DNA of 64,000 nt, from NCBI GenBank assembly GCA_040830765.1, contig JBFOMH010000024.1, forward strand, positions 13,476 to 77,475, read 5' to 3'. Positions 34,806 to 44,255 of this stretch are shown piece after piece (within the stretch, counting starts at the first letter, position 1; the number at the start of each line of letters is the position of its first letter). The DNA comes from Puniceicoccaceae bacterium (lineage in GTDB: Bacteria > Verrucomicrobiota > Verrucomicrobiia > Opitutales > Oceanipulchritudinaceae). Both the position numbers and the translations under genes were made by a program. The notes under the pieces are model-generated. The model was not told the DNA's origin. It ran no database searches and worked only from the letters and a program-made list of their open reading frames with translations.

Positions 34806-36362
34806 ATGGCACTTACACCTTTTGCGAGCCACATCCTTTTGGATACCGGTATCAGCATGGGAGACGAGGGTAAAGGACGTCTCATTCCCGAGCTGATACG
34901 CGAACTGCAAGATCAGACCCAGACACCGGACCCGGTGGCCATAGTTGCCAAGGTCAACGGTGGAGCAAATTCCGGACATACCAGTGGAGGATTGAAACTC
35001 AATTTGTTCCCGGCCGGCGTCGTCGAGGAAAGCGTATCCTGCCTGGCCATCGGGAGTGGTGTGGTTGCCGATCCGCACAAGTTTCTCTGGGAAAGCGCCT
35101 ATATTGAGGACAGTGGTTTCACGGTGCTCTCCCGCTTGCTGATTGACGAGCGGACGATGATCAGCGACATCTCCCACCGCCTTCTCGACCTTGGCTGGGA
35201 ATGGTACCGGGTGAATATCCTCGGTCAGGAGAAGCGTGGTTCCACGGGCCGTGGGATTTCCCCCGCATACACCGAGGAAACATCGCAATTCGCCCTTTAT
35301 TACTACGAGTTCAAACTGGACCGGGAAACCTTTGCCCAGCGCATGGAAGCCCGCCTTGACCGAGCCGTTCGGACCTTGCGCACTGTCTGCCAGGTCCCGG
35401 AAGAGGAATGGCGGAACTTCTTTGCAATCCTCACCACGGCTGAGAAGCGGGCCAATGCCGGATTGATCGAGGCGGGGCTATTTCCGGAGGAAGCCTTCGA
35501 TTTCAACGGCTTCCTCGGCGAGGAACCCTACAGTCTCAATACGGAAGCGGTCATCGAGAGCTACTGGTCGGCGGGTACCCAACTGAAAGGCTGCATCGGT
35601 GATGTCCGCGAAAAGGTCCGCGAAGCATTGGAGTCCGGGAAATATGTTATTGGTGAGTTTGGCCAGGCCTTCTGGCTTGATAAACGTTTCGGGTTTCAAC
35701 CGAACGTGACGGCTTCCCACACCCTGCCGGCGGAGTTTTTCCTCAGCACTGGTGTTGGCCTGCAGGCGGCCCATACCCTGGGGGTGTGCAAGGCCTACGA
35801 CACCAAGGTCGGGACGCATGTCTTTGTTTGCGAGTTTCCTGAGGAGCATCCGCTAGGCAAGCTGCTGGCGAAACTGGAGTACGGGACAACAACCGGCCGC
35901 CAACGCATGGTCGGCTGGTATGATGCAGTGGAAAAAGGCGATGCCATCCGCTACGGGGGTTGCCAGGATCTTGTCATCAACAAGATTGATGCCCTGACCT
36001 ATTCAGGCGACTGGCAACCGGGTGGCGAGCTCCTGGTCTGCACCGGCTACCGCCTCCCCGATGGGAGTGTCATCCGCCATGTCCCCAGGGACATCGCCAC
36101 CCAGAAGACTTTGAGTCCGGTTTATGTCCAGGTGTCGGGCTGGGAAGAAGACATTTCCAAAGTCAGGACTTTCGAAGCTCTCCCGCAAAACGCCAAGCGT
36201 TATGTGGCAACCATGATCAAGTCGACGCTCGAGGTTGCCTTTGGAGAGGAAGCCGACTGGCCGGAAACGATCCCGAACCTTCGCTACATCGGAGTAGGCC
36301 CGGATCCGGACCAGATTATCCGCGATGTCCCGGAAACGAGGGAACTCGTCCGACTGGCCTAA
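34806..36362 (+). CDS. purA: Adenylosuccinate synthetase (long, divergent form)
   Basis: GDEGKG, GGANSGHT, GSTGRGISPAY, KAYDTKVG, EYGTTTGRQR and GVGP. Confidence 0.92.
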   Translation: MALTPFASHILLDTGISMGDEGKGRLIPELIRELQDQTQTPDPVAIVAKVNGGANSGHTSGGLKLNLFPAGVVEESVSCLAIGSGVVADPHKFLWESAYIEDSGFTVLSRLLIDERTMISDISHRLLDLGWEWYRVNILGQEKRGSTGRGISPAYTEETSQFALYYYEFKLDRETFAQRMEARLDRAVRTLRTVCQVPEEEWRNFFAILTTAEKRANAGLIEAGLFPEEAFDFNGFLGEEPYSLNTEAVIESYWSAGTQLKGCIGDVREKVREALESGKYVIGEFGQAFWLDKRFGFQPNVTASHTLPAEFFLSTGVGLQAAHTLGVCKAYDTKVGTHVFVCEFPEEHPLGKLLAKLEYGTTTGRQRMVGWYDAVEKGDAIRYGGCQDLVINKIDALTYSGDWQPGGELLVCTGYRLPDGSVIRHVPRDIATQKTLSPVYVQVSGWEEDISKVRTFEALPQNAKRYVATMIKSTLEVAFGEEADWPETIPNLRYIGVGPDPDQIIRDVPETRELVRLA

Positions 36363-36673
36363 ATCTTGACGTTCAAGGGAGTCAGGGTCACCGATTCCTG
36401 ATCTGTCCGTTCGTAGCGGAAAAGTTGCGACTTCTGGACATCGACCAGCGAACAAAGGGCCGGCAGGCTGTCCTCCTCCACTCCAAACAAGACAAGATAC
36501 GGTGTATCCCCGATAATCGGGGTCTGGGCAGAGAGAGCCTTGATGCCCAACTGGCCCTCCAAATAGAGCGCCAACTGTTCGGCCAGTGACTCTGGTAGCG
36601 GCTGGCTCAGATCGACCTTTTGTTTATCGATCAGCGCAAACAGGGGAAGCGCATATTCAGCTGCCTCACTCAT
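36359..36673 (-). CDS. Hypothetical protein (104 aa)
   Basis: GTG start overlapping the stop of the upstream phosphomutase; fills the gap to purA. Confidence 0.6.
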   Translation of the reverse strand: MSEAAEYALPLFALIDKQKVDLSQPLPESLAEQLALYLEGQLGIKALSAQTPIIGDTPYLVLFGVEEDSLPALCSLVDVQKSQLFRYERTDQESVTLTPLNVKI

Positions 36674-38625
36674 TCTCCGGAACGGGCCCTGGCATCCGCC
36701 TCAACGGCCTCCTTGATCTGGTTGATGGTCCTCGCGGTGGCCTCCTTGGCCGGGGCGAGGTCACCCGGTTGGGTCACATCCTCGCATCCGAACATGTAGA
36801 ACTTGATCTTCGGTTCAGTCCCGCTTCCCCGGACAGCGAAGGTATAGCCGTTATCCAACTCGATGAAGTAAAAGTCCTGCTTGGGGATTTCCTTGCCATC
36901 TGCGTCCTGCAAGGTCTGGACCCCGAAGTCTTTCCATCCGACAACCTGGAACCCGCCGATTTCAACCGGAGGCTCGGCACGATAGGAATCGAGGATGCTC
37001 TTTATCCGGGCGGCGCCGGAAGCGCCCTCGTAGTAGATATTGATGACATCCTCGAGGTAATAACCATACCGCAGGTAAACCTCGTCCAGGTAATCGAGGA
37101 TAGTTTTACCGGCAAGGCTCAGGCTGGCAGCCATCTCGGCAAACATCAGGACAGCAGCATTGGCATCCTTGTCCCGCAGGCGGTCTGAAGCAAGGTAGCC
37201 ATAACTTTCCTCCCCACCGAATACGTAGAAGGTACTGTGCTCAAGGAGCCATTCGCGGCGCTGTGACAGCGGAATCGCATCATATTCACCTGGGTCAATA
37301 CCGGCATCCTTTAAAGCATCCATCAACTGCTGCTCGTAGTTCTTCAGCTTTTCCCCGATCCACTTGAATCCGGTCAACGTATCAATGACCTTGAGGCCGT
37401 TCTTTTCAGCAATGGCAGCCTGCAGTGGGGTCGTGACGAAAGTCTTGATGAGAGCGGCATTTCGGGTTCCCTCCTTCGGCAGGTACCCCAACTCCTTCAT
37501 CTTCTCGATGCGGTACGCGGCGAGCAGGGATCCAATCATATTGCCGCTCAGGAGAACCATCTCCCCGGAGTCGTCCCGGACGGCAACTCCCATGCGGTCT
37601 GCATCCGGATCTGTGGCCATGACGATGTCGGCTCCGGATGATTTGGCCTGCTCGATGGCCATGCTGAGTGCCTCCGCATTTTCCGGATTCGGGGAAACAA
37701 CTGTAGGGAACCGGCTGTCCTGAAACATTTGCTCAGGCACCGTATCTACCTGCAGTCCGAACTCAGCCAGGGCCGCAGGCGCTGAGATGCCCCCCGTTCC
37801 ATGAATCGGACTAAAGACGATTTTCGGCGCCGCTTTCTCGAAAACGGTGGCGTCGAGGAGGTTTTCCTTAAGCGCCTCCATGTAGGCTGCATCCTCTGGC
37901 TCGCCGAGCACCTTGACCCCGTCGAGGTTGATGTCGAGGTAGGCGGGGGTGGAGTCCATCTTTACCTGGTAAACCTCATGGATGATCCCTTCGGCATGCG
38001 GATACACCACTTGGGCACCATCCTCGAAATAGACCTTGTACCCATTGTCATGGGCTGGATTGTGACTGGCTGTAATGACAATTCCTGCGGTGGCCTTGGT
38101 GTGTCGGACCGTAAAGCTGAGCTGTGGCGTGGACCGGGGACCGTCAAAAATCATCGCTTCTCCACCGAGGCTGGACCAGGTCGAAGCCGTCAATTCGCAG
38201 AAGTAGCGGGAAAAGTGCCGTACATCATGGGCTATGACCAGTTTCGGAACACCCTTTCCATCAAGGTAACGCTCGCAATATCGATAGAGGCCAATTGTTG
38301 CCCGGATGATGTTGAAGTCATTGAGCACCGCTGTACCGACCGCCGCATGCTCAGGTGTTGCCTGGGGTCCAGGGGTGCCCTTCTCCGCAGCTGTGACATA
38401 CCGACCAATGGTACGGTTCCGCATACCGCCTGTGCCAAAGGCGAGAAACTGGTAAAACCGGTCATTCAACTCCTCCCACTGGTTTTCCTGCACCAGTTCC
38501 CGGATGCTCTCCATGGCCCATTCCGGTAAAAATCCACCGCTGACCCAGTCACCCAGGTTGTTGACACTGGATTCGAGCAGCTTGCCCGCTTCCCCAGCCT
38601 TTTTGATCGCTTCCAACATCTCCAT
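36670..38625 (-). CDS. pgm: Phosphoglucomutase/phosphomannomutase
   Basis: FGTGGMR, TASHNP, DPDADR, GGEESYG and RGSGTEPKIK. Confidence 0.9.
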   Translation of the reverse strand: MEMLEAIKKAGEAGKLLESSVNNLGDWVSGGFLPEWAMESIRELVQENQWEELNDRFYQFLAFGTGGMRNRTIGRYVTAAEKGTPGPQATPEHAAVGTAVLNDFNIIRATIGLYRYCERYLDGKGVPKLVIAHDVRHFSRYFCELTASTWSSLGGEAMIFDGPRSTPQLSFTVRHTKATAGIVITASHNPAHDNGYKVYFEDGAQVVYPHAEGIIHEVYQVKMDSTPAYLDINLDGVKVLGEPEDAAYMEALKENLLDATVFEKAAPKIVFSPIHGTGGISAPAALAEFGLQVDTVPEQMFQDSRFPTVVSPNPENAEALSMAIEQAKSSGADIVMATDPDADRMGVAVRDDSGEMVLLSGNMIGSLLAAYRIEKMKELGYLPKEGTRNAALIKTFVTTPLQAAIAEKNGLKVIDTLTGFKWIGEKLKNYEQQLMDALKDAGIDPGEYDAIPLSQRREWLLEHSTFYVFGGEESYGYLASDRLRDKDANAAVLMFAEMAASLSLAGKTILDYLDEVYLRYGYYLEDVINIYYEGASGAARIKSILDSYRAEPPVEIGGFQVVGWKDFGVQTLQDADGKEIPKQDFYFIELDNGYTFAVRGSGTEPKIKFYMFGCEDVTQPGDLAPAKEATARTINQIKEAVEADARARSGE

Positions 38626-38644
38626 ATCAATCTCCCTGAAATTC

Positions 38645-40075
38645 CTATTTCAAAATGACTCCATCGGTGATGGCCGGCTTCTCCTCCAGGGCAAGCCAGC
38701 TTTTCACAAATGCGTCCTGACTATCTCCAAATCGTGGACTGACCTCGAATAAGAAAGCTGGCAGCCCGGTTTCATCCGTGGCCAGCTCGACGCCCGCCGC
38801 CCCCAGCCACCGGGTCCATTGGCGGATTTGGTCAGCCCTGCTGGACTCGGCGGAGTCAATGCCGGTGGCATTCTTGACCGGGCTGAAGTCATCCTCCCGC
38901 AAGGTCTCGATGACTACCGGATTCCCGGCAAACGGCAGCGCATCGAAGACAAACATCTCAAATTTGACTCCATTTGGCTCCTCGGGGAGAATCGGATTCC
39001 CGTCGCTGTCGATGGTCTTGACCTTTTTCACCGCCTTGTGGAAAGGCAGGCGCGCCTCGGCATCACCTCCGCCAATACGGGCAACAAAGTCCACATCGAG
39101 AATGTGAATCGCGATACTGCCGGCGAGATAACGCAATGCATTGTCCGCATCCCGCTCCTCCTGCATCTCCATAGGCATGTCGGAGTACTCCAGGACAACC
39201 ATCTTGTCATCCTGCTGGCAGAACATCCCCACCTTCTCTCCCGGATAAGCCTTCGGGATCATCTTGCTCGACATCTCCGACTTTTTCCCAAGGTGGAAAC
39301 CGATGAAGGCCGGGTCAATGACCTGGACCAGCGGATTATCGACCTGGAAGTAGCTGATGGCCTCAATGCCGGATTGTTTCATCCGCTCGACAGCCCCACT
39401 TCGGACCAGCGCCCGCAAAGATCCGCCATGACCGTCCGGTGACATGGATATGGAGCCCGGACTATCCATCATGATGCGCCCGGAAAAGTCCACGGCCGGC
39501 ATTCGACCCTGGGAGAAGAACATCACCTGGTCAGCAGCCAGGCCAAAGTAACCAGCTTCCTCAAAAGCGGCCACAGTGGCCTCGTGGTTAACCGAGCTGG
39601 TCATGATAAACCAGGGAATCCGTATTCCGTACCGGTCCCCCGCGGCCAGCAGTTTGTCTGCGAAGACCCCGAAAAGCGGCTTTCCCTGGACCGGTGTGAC
39701 AGGAAATGTGCCCTTTGGTCCATCAAAGCCCAGCCTGGTACCCTGCCCCCCGGCTACCGTGAAGGCAGCCACTTTTCCAGCCCTCAATACGGTCTCACCC
39801 AGGCGTTTCGCCTCTGCCCACTGTTCCGCGTCCCCACCACTATGGGGATGCTTGATATAGGGCGCTGGCTCCAGACCATCGAGAGAAAGCGCTTCAATGT
39901 CCGTTCCCTTGACAAGGGTCTCCACCAGATGCTGGATTTCCGAGAGGTCGATGGAAGCGGCCTCCTCCAACAGCTGGGATTGCGCCGCCTCATCAAGCTG
40001 CTCCCAGAATGCAAAAACATGTCCCTGCCCGGCGGCTTCAAACCGTTCCTTTTCCGAAGTGAAAGTATGCGTCAT
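38645..40075 (-). CDS. UDPGP type 1 family pyrophosphorylase (UAP1-like UDP-GlcNAc/UDP-sugar pyrophosphorylase)
   Basis: AGGQGTRLG..GPKG, PDGHGG, QVDNPL, EYSD, KFEMFVFD and FSPVKN. Confidence 0.88.
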   Translation of the reverse strand: MTHTFTSEKERFEAAGQGHVFAFWEQLDEAAQSQLLEEAASIDLSEIQHLVETLVKGTDIEALSLDGLEPAPYIKHPHSGGDAEQWAEAKRLGETVLRAGKVAAFTVAGGQGTRLGFDGPKGTFPVTPVQGKPLFGVFADKLLAAGDRYGIRIPWFIMTSSVNHEATVAAFEEAGYFGLAADQVMFFSQGRMPAVDFSGRIMMDSPGSISMSPDGHGGSLRALVRSGAVERMKQSGIEAISYFQVDNPLVQVIDPAFIGFHLGKKSEMSSKMIPKAYPGEKVGMFCQQDDKMVVLEYSDMPMEMQEERDADNALRYLAGSIAIHILDVDFVARIGGGDAEARLPFHKAVKKVKTIDSDGNPILPEEPNGVKFEMFVFDALPFAGNPVVIETLREDDFSPVKNATGIDSAESSRADQIRQWTRWLGAAGVELATDETGLPAFLFEVSPRFGDSQDAFVKSWLALEEKPAITDGVILK

Positions 40076-40129
40076 CGAGGCGGTATCTTGCCAACCCGAC
40101 AGCGGATGAAAAGCAATTTTCCAGAAAGA

Positions 40130-40420
40130 TCAGGGATTCTCGAACCGGAAAACGATTTCCCCGGGTTCGACATAGCCCAGCCGGTCACGGATGACCCGCT
40201 CCACGAATTCCGGCTCATTCAAGAAGGCCCTCAGGTATGCTTCCTTGGCCTCACGCTCCTTTTTGATACTCGCCAGCTCTGCCTTGGCCTGGATGTGGCT
40301 TTCCTCGTAGGTCACCAATTCCCGCTTGGTCTGGGTAAAGACTAGAACCAGCCCGGTGGATACTCCGGACAGGATTACAATCAAAAGAACGAGAAGAATT
40401 CTTGAGGCCCAACGCAGCAT
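40130..40420 (-). CDS. Septum formation initiator (FtsB/DivIC family)
   Basis: One TM, a coiled coil, then ERVIRDRLGYVEPGEIVF. Confidence 0.8.
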   Translation of the reverse strand: MLRWASRILLVLLIVILSGVSTGLVLVFTQTKRELVTYEESHIQAKAELASIKKEREAKEAYLRAFLNEPEFVERVIRDRLGYVEPGEIVFRFENP

Positions 40421-40517
40421 TGTGCAGAATAAAAGTTAAATCCAAGTAAATGTCAGCAATAAATACGAATGAAGAATTGCCTGATGACCGGGTTCACGAT
40501 GCTATTGGACATTATCC

Positions 40518-41327
40518 ATGTATAAGGAGTTCTATGGCCTGAAGGAAATGCCCTTCAATATCACCCCGGATCCGCACTTCCTGTTCTTTTCCCCGGTGCA
40601 TCAGGAAGCGATTCAGCATCTGCGTTACGGGATTTCCGAGAAGAAGGGTTTTATCGTCCTGACCGGCGAGGTCGGCTGTGGCAAAACCACCCTTTGCCGC
40701 TACCTGCTCAACGAAATCGACGACAAACCCATTGAAACAGCGCTGATTCTCAATCCCCGGGTCTCGGAAACCCAGCTTTTGCAGGCCATCCTCCGGGAAC
40801 TGGGTGTGGAGAAAGTGAAGCGCTCCCGGCAGGAACTGCTGGAACAACTCAATGTCCTTCTCTTGAAGCTCAATGAGGAAGGAAAGGACATCGTCCTTAT
40901 TATCGACGAGTCGCAAAACATGACCTTTGAGGCTCTCGAGCACATTCGTCTCCTCTCCAATCTCGAGACCAATACACAAAAGCTTTTACAAATCATTCTC
41001 ATTGGCCAACCGGAACTGAAGGAAAAGCTTCAGCACGAAAGCCTGCGCCAGCTCCGGCAGCGAATCCTCGTCCACTATGACCTGCGTCCGCTGAGCATGG
41101 AAGAGATGCAGCAATACATCCGGTACCGGCTCATCATCGCCGGGGCCAACGGCCGGCCGGAGTTTACCAAGTCCGCCATGAAGAAGATTTACAAGACCAG
41201 CCGGGGGATTCCGAGGCTGGTCAACAACTTGTGCGACAAGTCACTCTTGTCGGCATTCATCAAGTCCCGGGATGTCATCAACTGGTGGGATGTCCGCCGG
41301 GCTGCCAAGGAGATGAAGAAGTTATGA
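40518..41327 (+). CDS. ExeA/GspA-family AAA+ ATPase
   Basis: MYKEFYGLKEMPFNITPDP, GEVGCGKTT, IIDESQ, IGQPEL, QLRQRI and GIPRLVN. Confidence 0.9.
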   Translation: MYKEFYGLKEMPFNITPDPHFLFFSPVHQEAIQHLRYGISEKKGFIVLTGEVGCGKTTLCRYLLNEIDDKPIETALILNPRVSETQLLQAILRELGVEKVKRSRQELLEQLNVLLLKLNEEGKDIVLIIDESQNMTFEALEHIRLLSNLETNTQKLLQIILIGQPELKEKLQHESLRQLRQRILVHYDLRPLSMEEMQQYIRYRLIIAGANGRPEFTKSAMKKIYKTSRGIPRLVNNLCDKSLLSAFIKSRDVINWWDVRRAAKEMKKL

Positions 41328-42004
41328 GTTTGATCAATGAAGCCCTGAAGAAGGCACAGCCCGAACGATCCGGCACCCCTCCTCCGGTACCTCCAAAGCA
41401 TCTGGAGATGCCCCAAGTGCCGCCGAGTGAACCCCCGAAGCGGAAACGCAACTACTTGTGGGGATTCCTCATGGCCGTGGTCATTGTTGCCCTTTTCAGC
41501 GCTCTTGTGACGACTTTCCTGGTCTACCAGATTCTCGGCGATGAAGACGGTACAACCGCACCGGCCGAAACGGCCGCAGTGGAGCCGACAGAAACCGCTC
41601 CGGCACAGGTGTGGGAGAAATTGCCGGATGAAGAAGCGACCTCAACTGCCGTGGCGGAAGTAGAAACAACCGCGGTAAGCCTTCCCACTGGTGACAGTCG
41701 CATCGCCGATGAAGTTGAGGAACTTCCTGCCTCAGAGGCCGTGGCAACGGTTGAGGAGTCACCGCCCGCGCCACCGGCCAAGCCCAATCCGGCAGTTTGG
41801 GCACGCCTGCAGGAACTGGAAATTCGCGGTATCATGTCCGGAGGCGAAAAGGTTCTGATTTTCGACACCAGCACGGGAAAGACCAAGAGCTACACCCCCG
41901 GAGACGTCCTTGACGGATCCCTTGCCCTCAGTATTTCTTCAATTGAAAGCGACGCAATCCTGTTCGAAGATTATGGCGGAATCATCCACACCAAATCCTT
42001 TTGA
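41324..42004 (+). CDS. GspB/ExeB-like single-TM protein
   Basis: MSLINEALKKAQ N-terminus, one TM, low-complexity linker and a C-terminal beta domain; ATGA coupling to exeA. Confidence 0.7.
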   Translation: MSLINEALKKAQPERSGTPPPVPPKHLEMPQVPPSEPPKRKRNYLWGFLMAVVIVALFSALVTTFLVYQILGDEDGTTAPAETAAVEPTETAPAQVWEKLPDEEATSTAVAEVETTAVSLPTGDSRIADEVEELPASEAVATVEESPPAPPAKPNPAVWARLQELEIRGIMSGGEKVLIFDTSTGKTKSYTPGDVLDGSLALSISSIESDAILFEDYGGIIHTKSF

Positions 42005-42917
42005 GCCAGAGCTGCCTAAGGACTCCACTGAACCGAAGCCCGATCCGGAGAAAGAATTACCGGAGGAGGCTCCGGAACCTCCGGCCAATCGCGAACTGAA
42101 ATTGAAGCCTATTGTTCCCACGGAACCGGAGGAAAAGGAACAGAAACTGAAGCTGAAGCAGATTCTGACACCACTTTCCCCCCACCTGACAGCACCACGG
42201 CCTGATGCCCCGGAGTCGGTTCCCAAGAAGAAATCGTTCACTCCAAGCCCCAAGGCAGTCCCCATTGAGCCGGAACCGGAACTGACCGAGGACGAATTGG
42301 CCGCCCGGGCCAGTGCCGGGGGACCCAAGGTGGAAGCGCCTTCCCCGGAAATTGAATCCTCCCCTCCCACTCCGGAGGAACTTGGACTCCAGCCAGGAGA
42401 TGAGCAAGAGGGGCAACCTCCTGCCGGGGAAGAAAAGCCGGCTGCCGACCAAAAGACCAAGGTTGCGAAAAAAGCCGCCCCGGCCAAACCCAAGGCCCGC
42501 AAGCTCGTCGTGGCCTTGCTGGTCCCGGTTGTCCTGCTGGCCGCCATTGCCTACATTATCAATTCCCTCTTTGATCCCTTTGGGTTGAAAATCGCGCCGA
42601 TAGAACAATTGCCGGACTTGGCCCTGAAACAGCAGACCCCTGACACAAAGTCCCTTTCCACAGACGAATCCGACTCGAATCAACTTCTGGACGCGATTGA
42701 AATGGAATCCATTGATGGGTACTTGGCACTGCTGGAGGAACAAACTGTTTTGGCCGCATCCAGCCACAATGGCTTGTTTATTAACGCCGTTTTTTACCGC
42801 AGTGGCGCAGTCCTCAATCCACGGTACGGACTGAAAGTGGTCTCTGTGGACGGAGACAGCCAATCCGTGCTCCTTGAGGATGCTGAAGGCCAGTCCTATC
42901 GCATTGCCATGCGCTGA
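41973..42917 (+). CDS. Second GspB-like single-TM protein with a Pro/Glu-rich N-terminus
   Basis: Pro/Glu-rich region, one TM and a C-terminal INAVFYRSGAVL...LKVVSV...LLED similar to the preceding gene. Confidence 0.6.
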   Translation: MAESSTPNPFEPELPKDSTEPKPDPEKELPEEAPEPPANRELKLKPIVPTEPEEKEQKLKLKQILTPLSPHLTAPRPDAPESVPKKKSFTPSPKAVPIEPEPELTEDELAARASAGGPKVEAPSPEIESSPPTPEELGLQPGDEQEGQPPAGEEKPAADQKTKVAKKAAPAKPKARKLVVALLVPVVLLAAIAYIINSLFDPFGLKIAPIEQLPDLALKQQTPDTKSLSTDESDSNQLLDAIEMESIDGYLALLEEQTVLAASSHNGLFINAVFYRSGAVLNPRYGLKVVSVDGDSQSVLLEDAEGQSYRIAMR

Positions 42918-42973
42918 ACCAGCGCGGGAGACAAGGCTGGACCCCGTACTCTCCATCCCCTAAGGTGGACCCC

Positions 42974-44251
42974 ATGGATGATGCCACCATTCCGTTTCTT
43001 CACACCCTTGTCGTCAGCATAAGTGTCGGTGCCCTTATTGGTCTCATTCGCCAGTGGTCGGATGAGCATGATGGCCTCCAGACGGAAACAAGTGCCGGAG
43101 TCAGGACCTATTCCCTGTGGAGTCTGGTCGGATTCCTCTCCGCTTACATCCATGAAGTACATGCCTCCTTCTTCCTACCCGTTTCATTCGCCACCTTCGG
43201 CATTTTTCTCATTGCCGCCAACAGTCTCGACAAATCTGACCACAAGGGGATTGGACTGACAAGTTACTCGGCCGCCATCCTCACCTTCCTGGTCGGCTCC
43301 CTCATTTTCTGGCAGCAATTACAGGCGGCCATCGCTATTGCAGTCGCTATCGGAATCCTGCTTGCCTCGAAACCCTTTGTCCACCGCTGGACCCGCAACC
43401 TGACCAATGAGGACATCCTCAGCCTGCTGCAGTTCCTTGCGGTGACCGGTCTCATCCTGCCACTCGTCCCAAATCAGGGGTTCGGTCCACTGGAAGCCTT
43501 TAACCCCTACAATATCTGGTTGATGGTGGTTCTCATCAGCGGATTGGGATTTATCGGGTACGTGGCCATGCGGCTTCTGGGAACCCGCGCCGGGATCACT
43601 GTCACCGGCCTTGCCGGAGGGCTGGCTTCTTCCACAGCGACCACGCTGGCCCTGGCCCGGAACAGTCGGGATACCCCCGAAATTGCGCCTTCCCTCGCCA
43701 CTGGAATCGTTATCGCGAATACCGTCATGTTTGGGCGCATCGGCGTCATTATCCTGGCCATCAACCAGAACCTGTTCTTTGAAATCCTTGTCCCTCTGGT
43801 CATCATGGCCACGCCCACCAGCCTCTTCCTCATTGGGCAATATTTCATGGCCAGGCGCGATTCTGGGGAAATTGAACTACCAAGCCTGCGGAATCCTCTT
43901 TCTCTCAAGCTGGCCATCAAGTTTGCCCTGCTGTACGCCATCATTGTCTTTCTCGTCAAGGCAGTCTCTGAATACGGCGACGGGTCGGGATTCTATTCCA
44001 TTTCCTTCCTGTCCGGTCTCACGGACATGGACGCCATTGCCCTCTCGCTGGCCAATGCCGAAAATGCGGCCACCGTGGCCACGGAACTGGCCGGGGCGGG
44101 TATCGTTATCGGGGCCTTCGCCAACACACTCTTCAAGACCAGCATCGGCGTCTGGCTGGGGCATACCAAGCTTCGCCTGCCACTTCTGATGGGTATGGTT
44201 CCGATGCTTCTGGCCAGCGGGGCCGGGCTACTGTGGATCCTTTTTATTTAA
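42974..44251 (+). CDS. MgtC/SapB-family membrane protein (DUF4010 type)
   Basis: GALIGLIRQ..AGVRTY, IWLMVVLISG, GGLASSTATT and SGLTDMDAI. Confidence 0.85.
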   Translation: MDDATIPFLHTLVVSISVGALIGLIRQWSDEHDGLQTETSAGVRTYSLWSLVGFLSAYIHEVHASFFLPVSFATFGIFLIAANSLDKSDHKGIGLTSYSAAILTFLVGSLIFWQQLQAAIAIAVAIGILLASKPFVHRWTRNLTNEDILSLLQFLAVTGLILPLVPNQGFGPLEAFNPYNIWLMVVLISGLGFIGYVAMRLLGTRAGITVTGLAGGLASSTATTLALARNSRDTPEIAPSLATGIVIANTVMFGRIGVIILAINQNLFFEILVPLVIMATPTSLFLIGQYFMARRDSGEIELPSLRNPLSLKLAIKFALLYAIIVFLVKAVSEYGDGSGFYSISFLSGLTDMDAIALSLANAENAATVATELAGAGIVIGAFANTLFKTSIGVWLGHTKLRLPLLMGMVPMLLASGAGLLWILFI

Positions 44252-44255
44252 CAGC

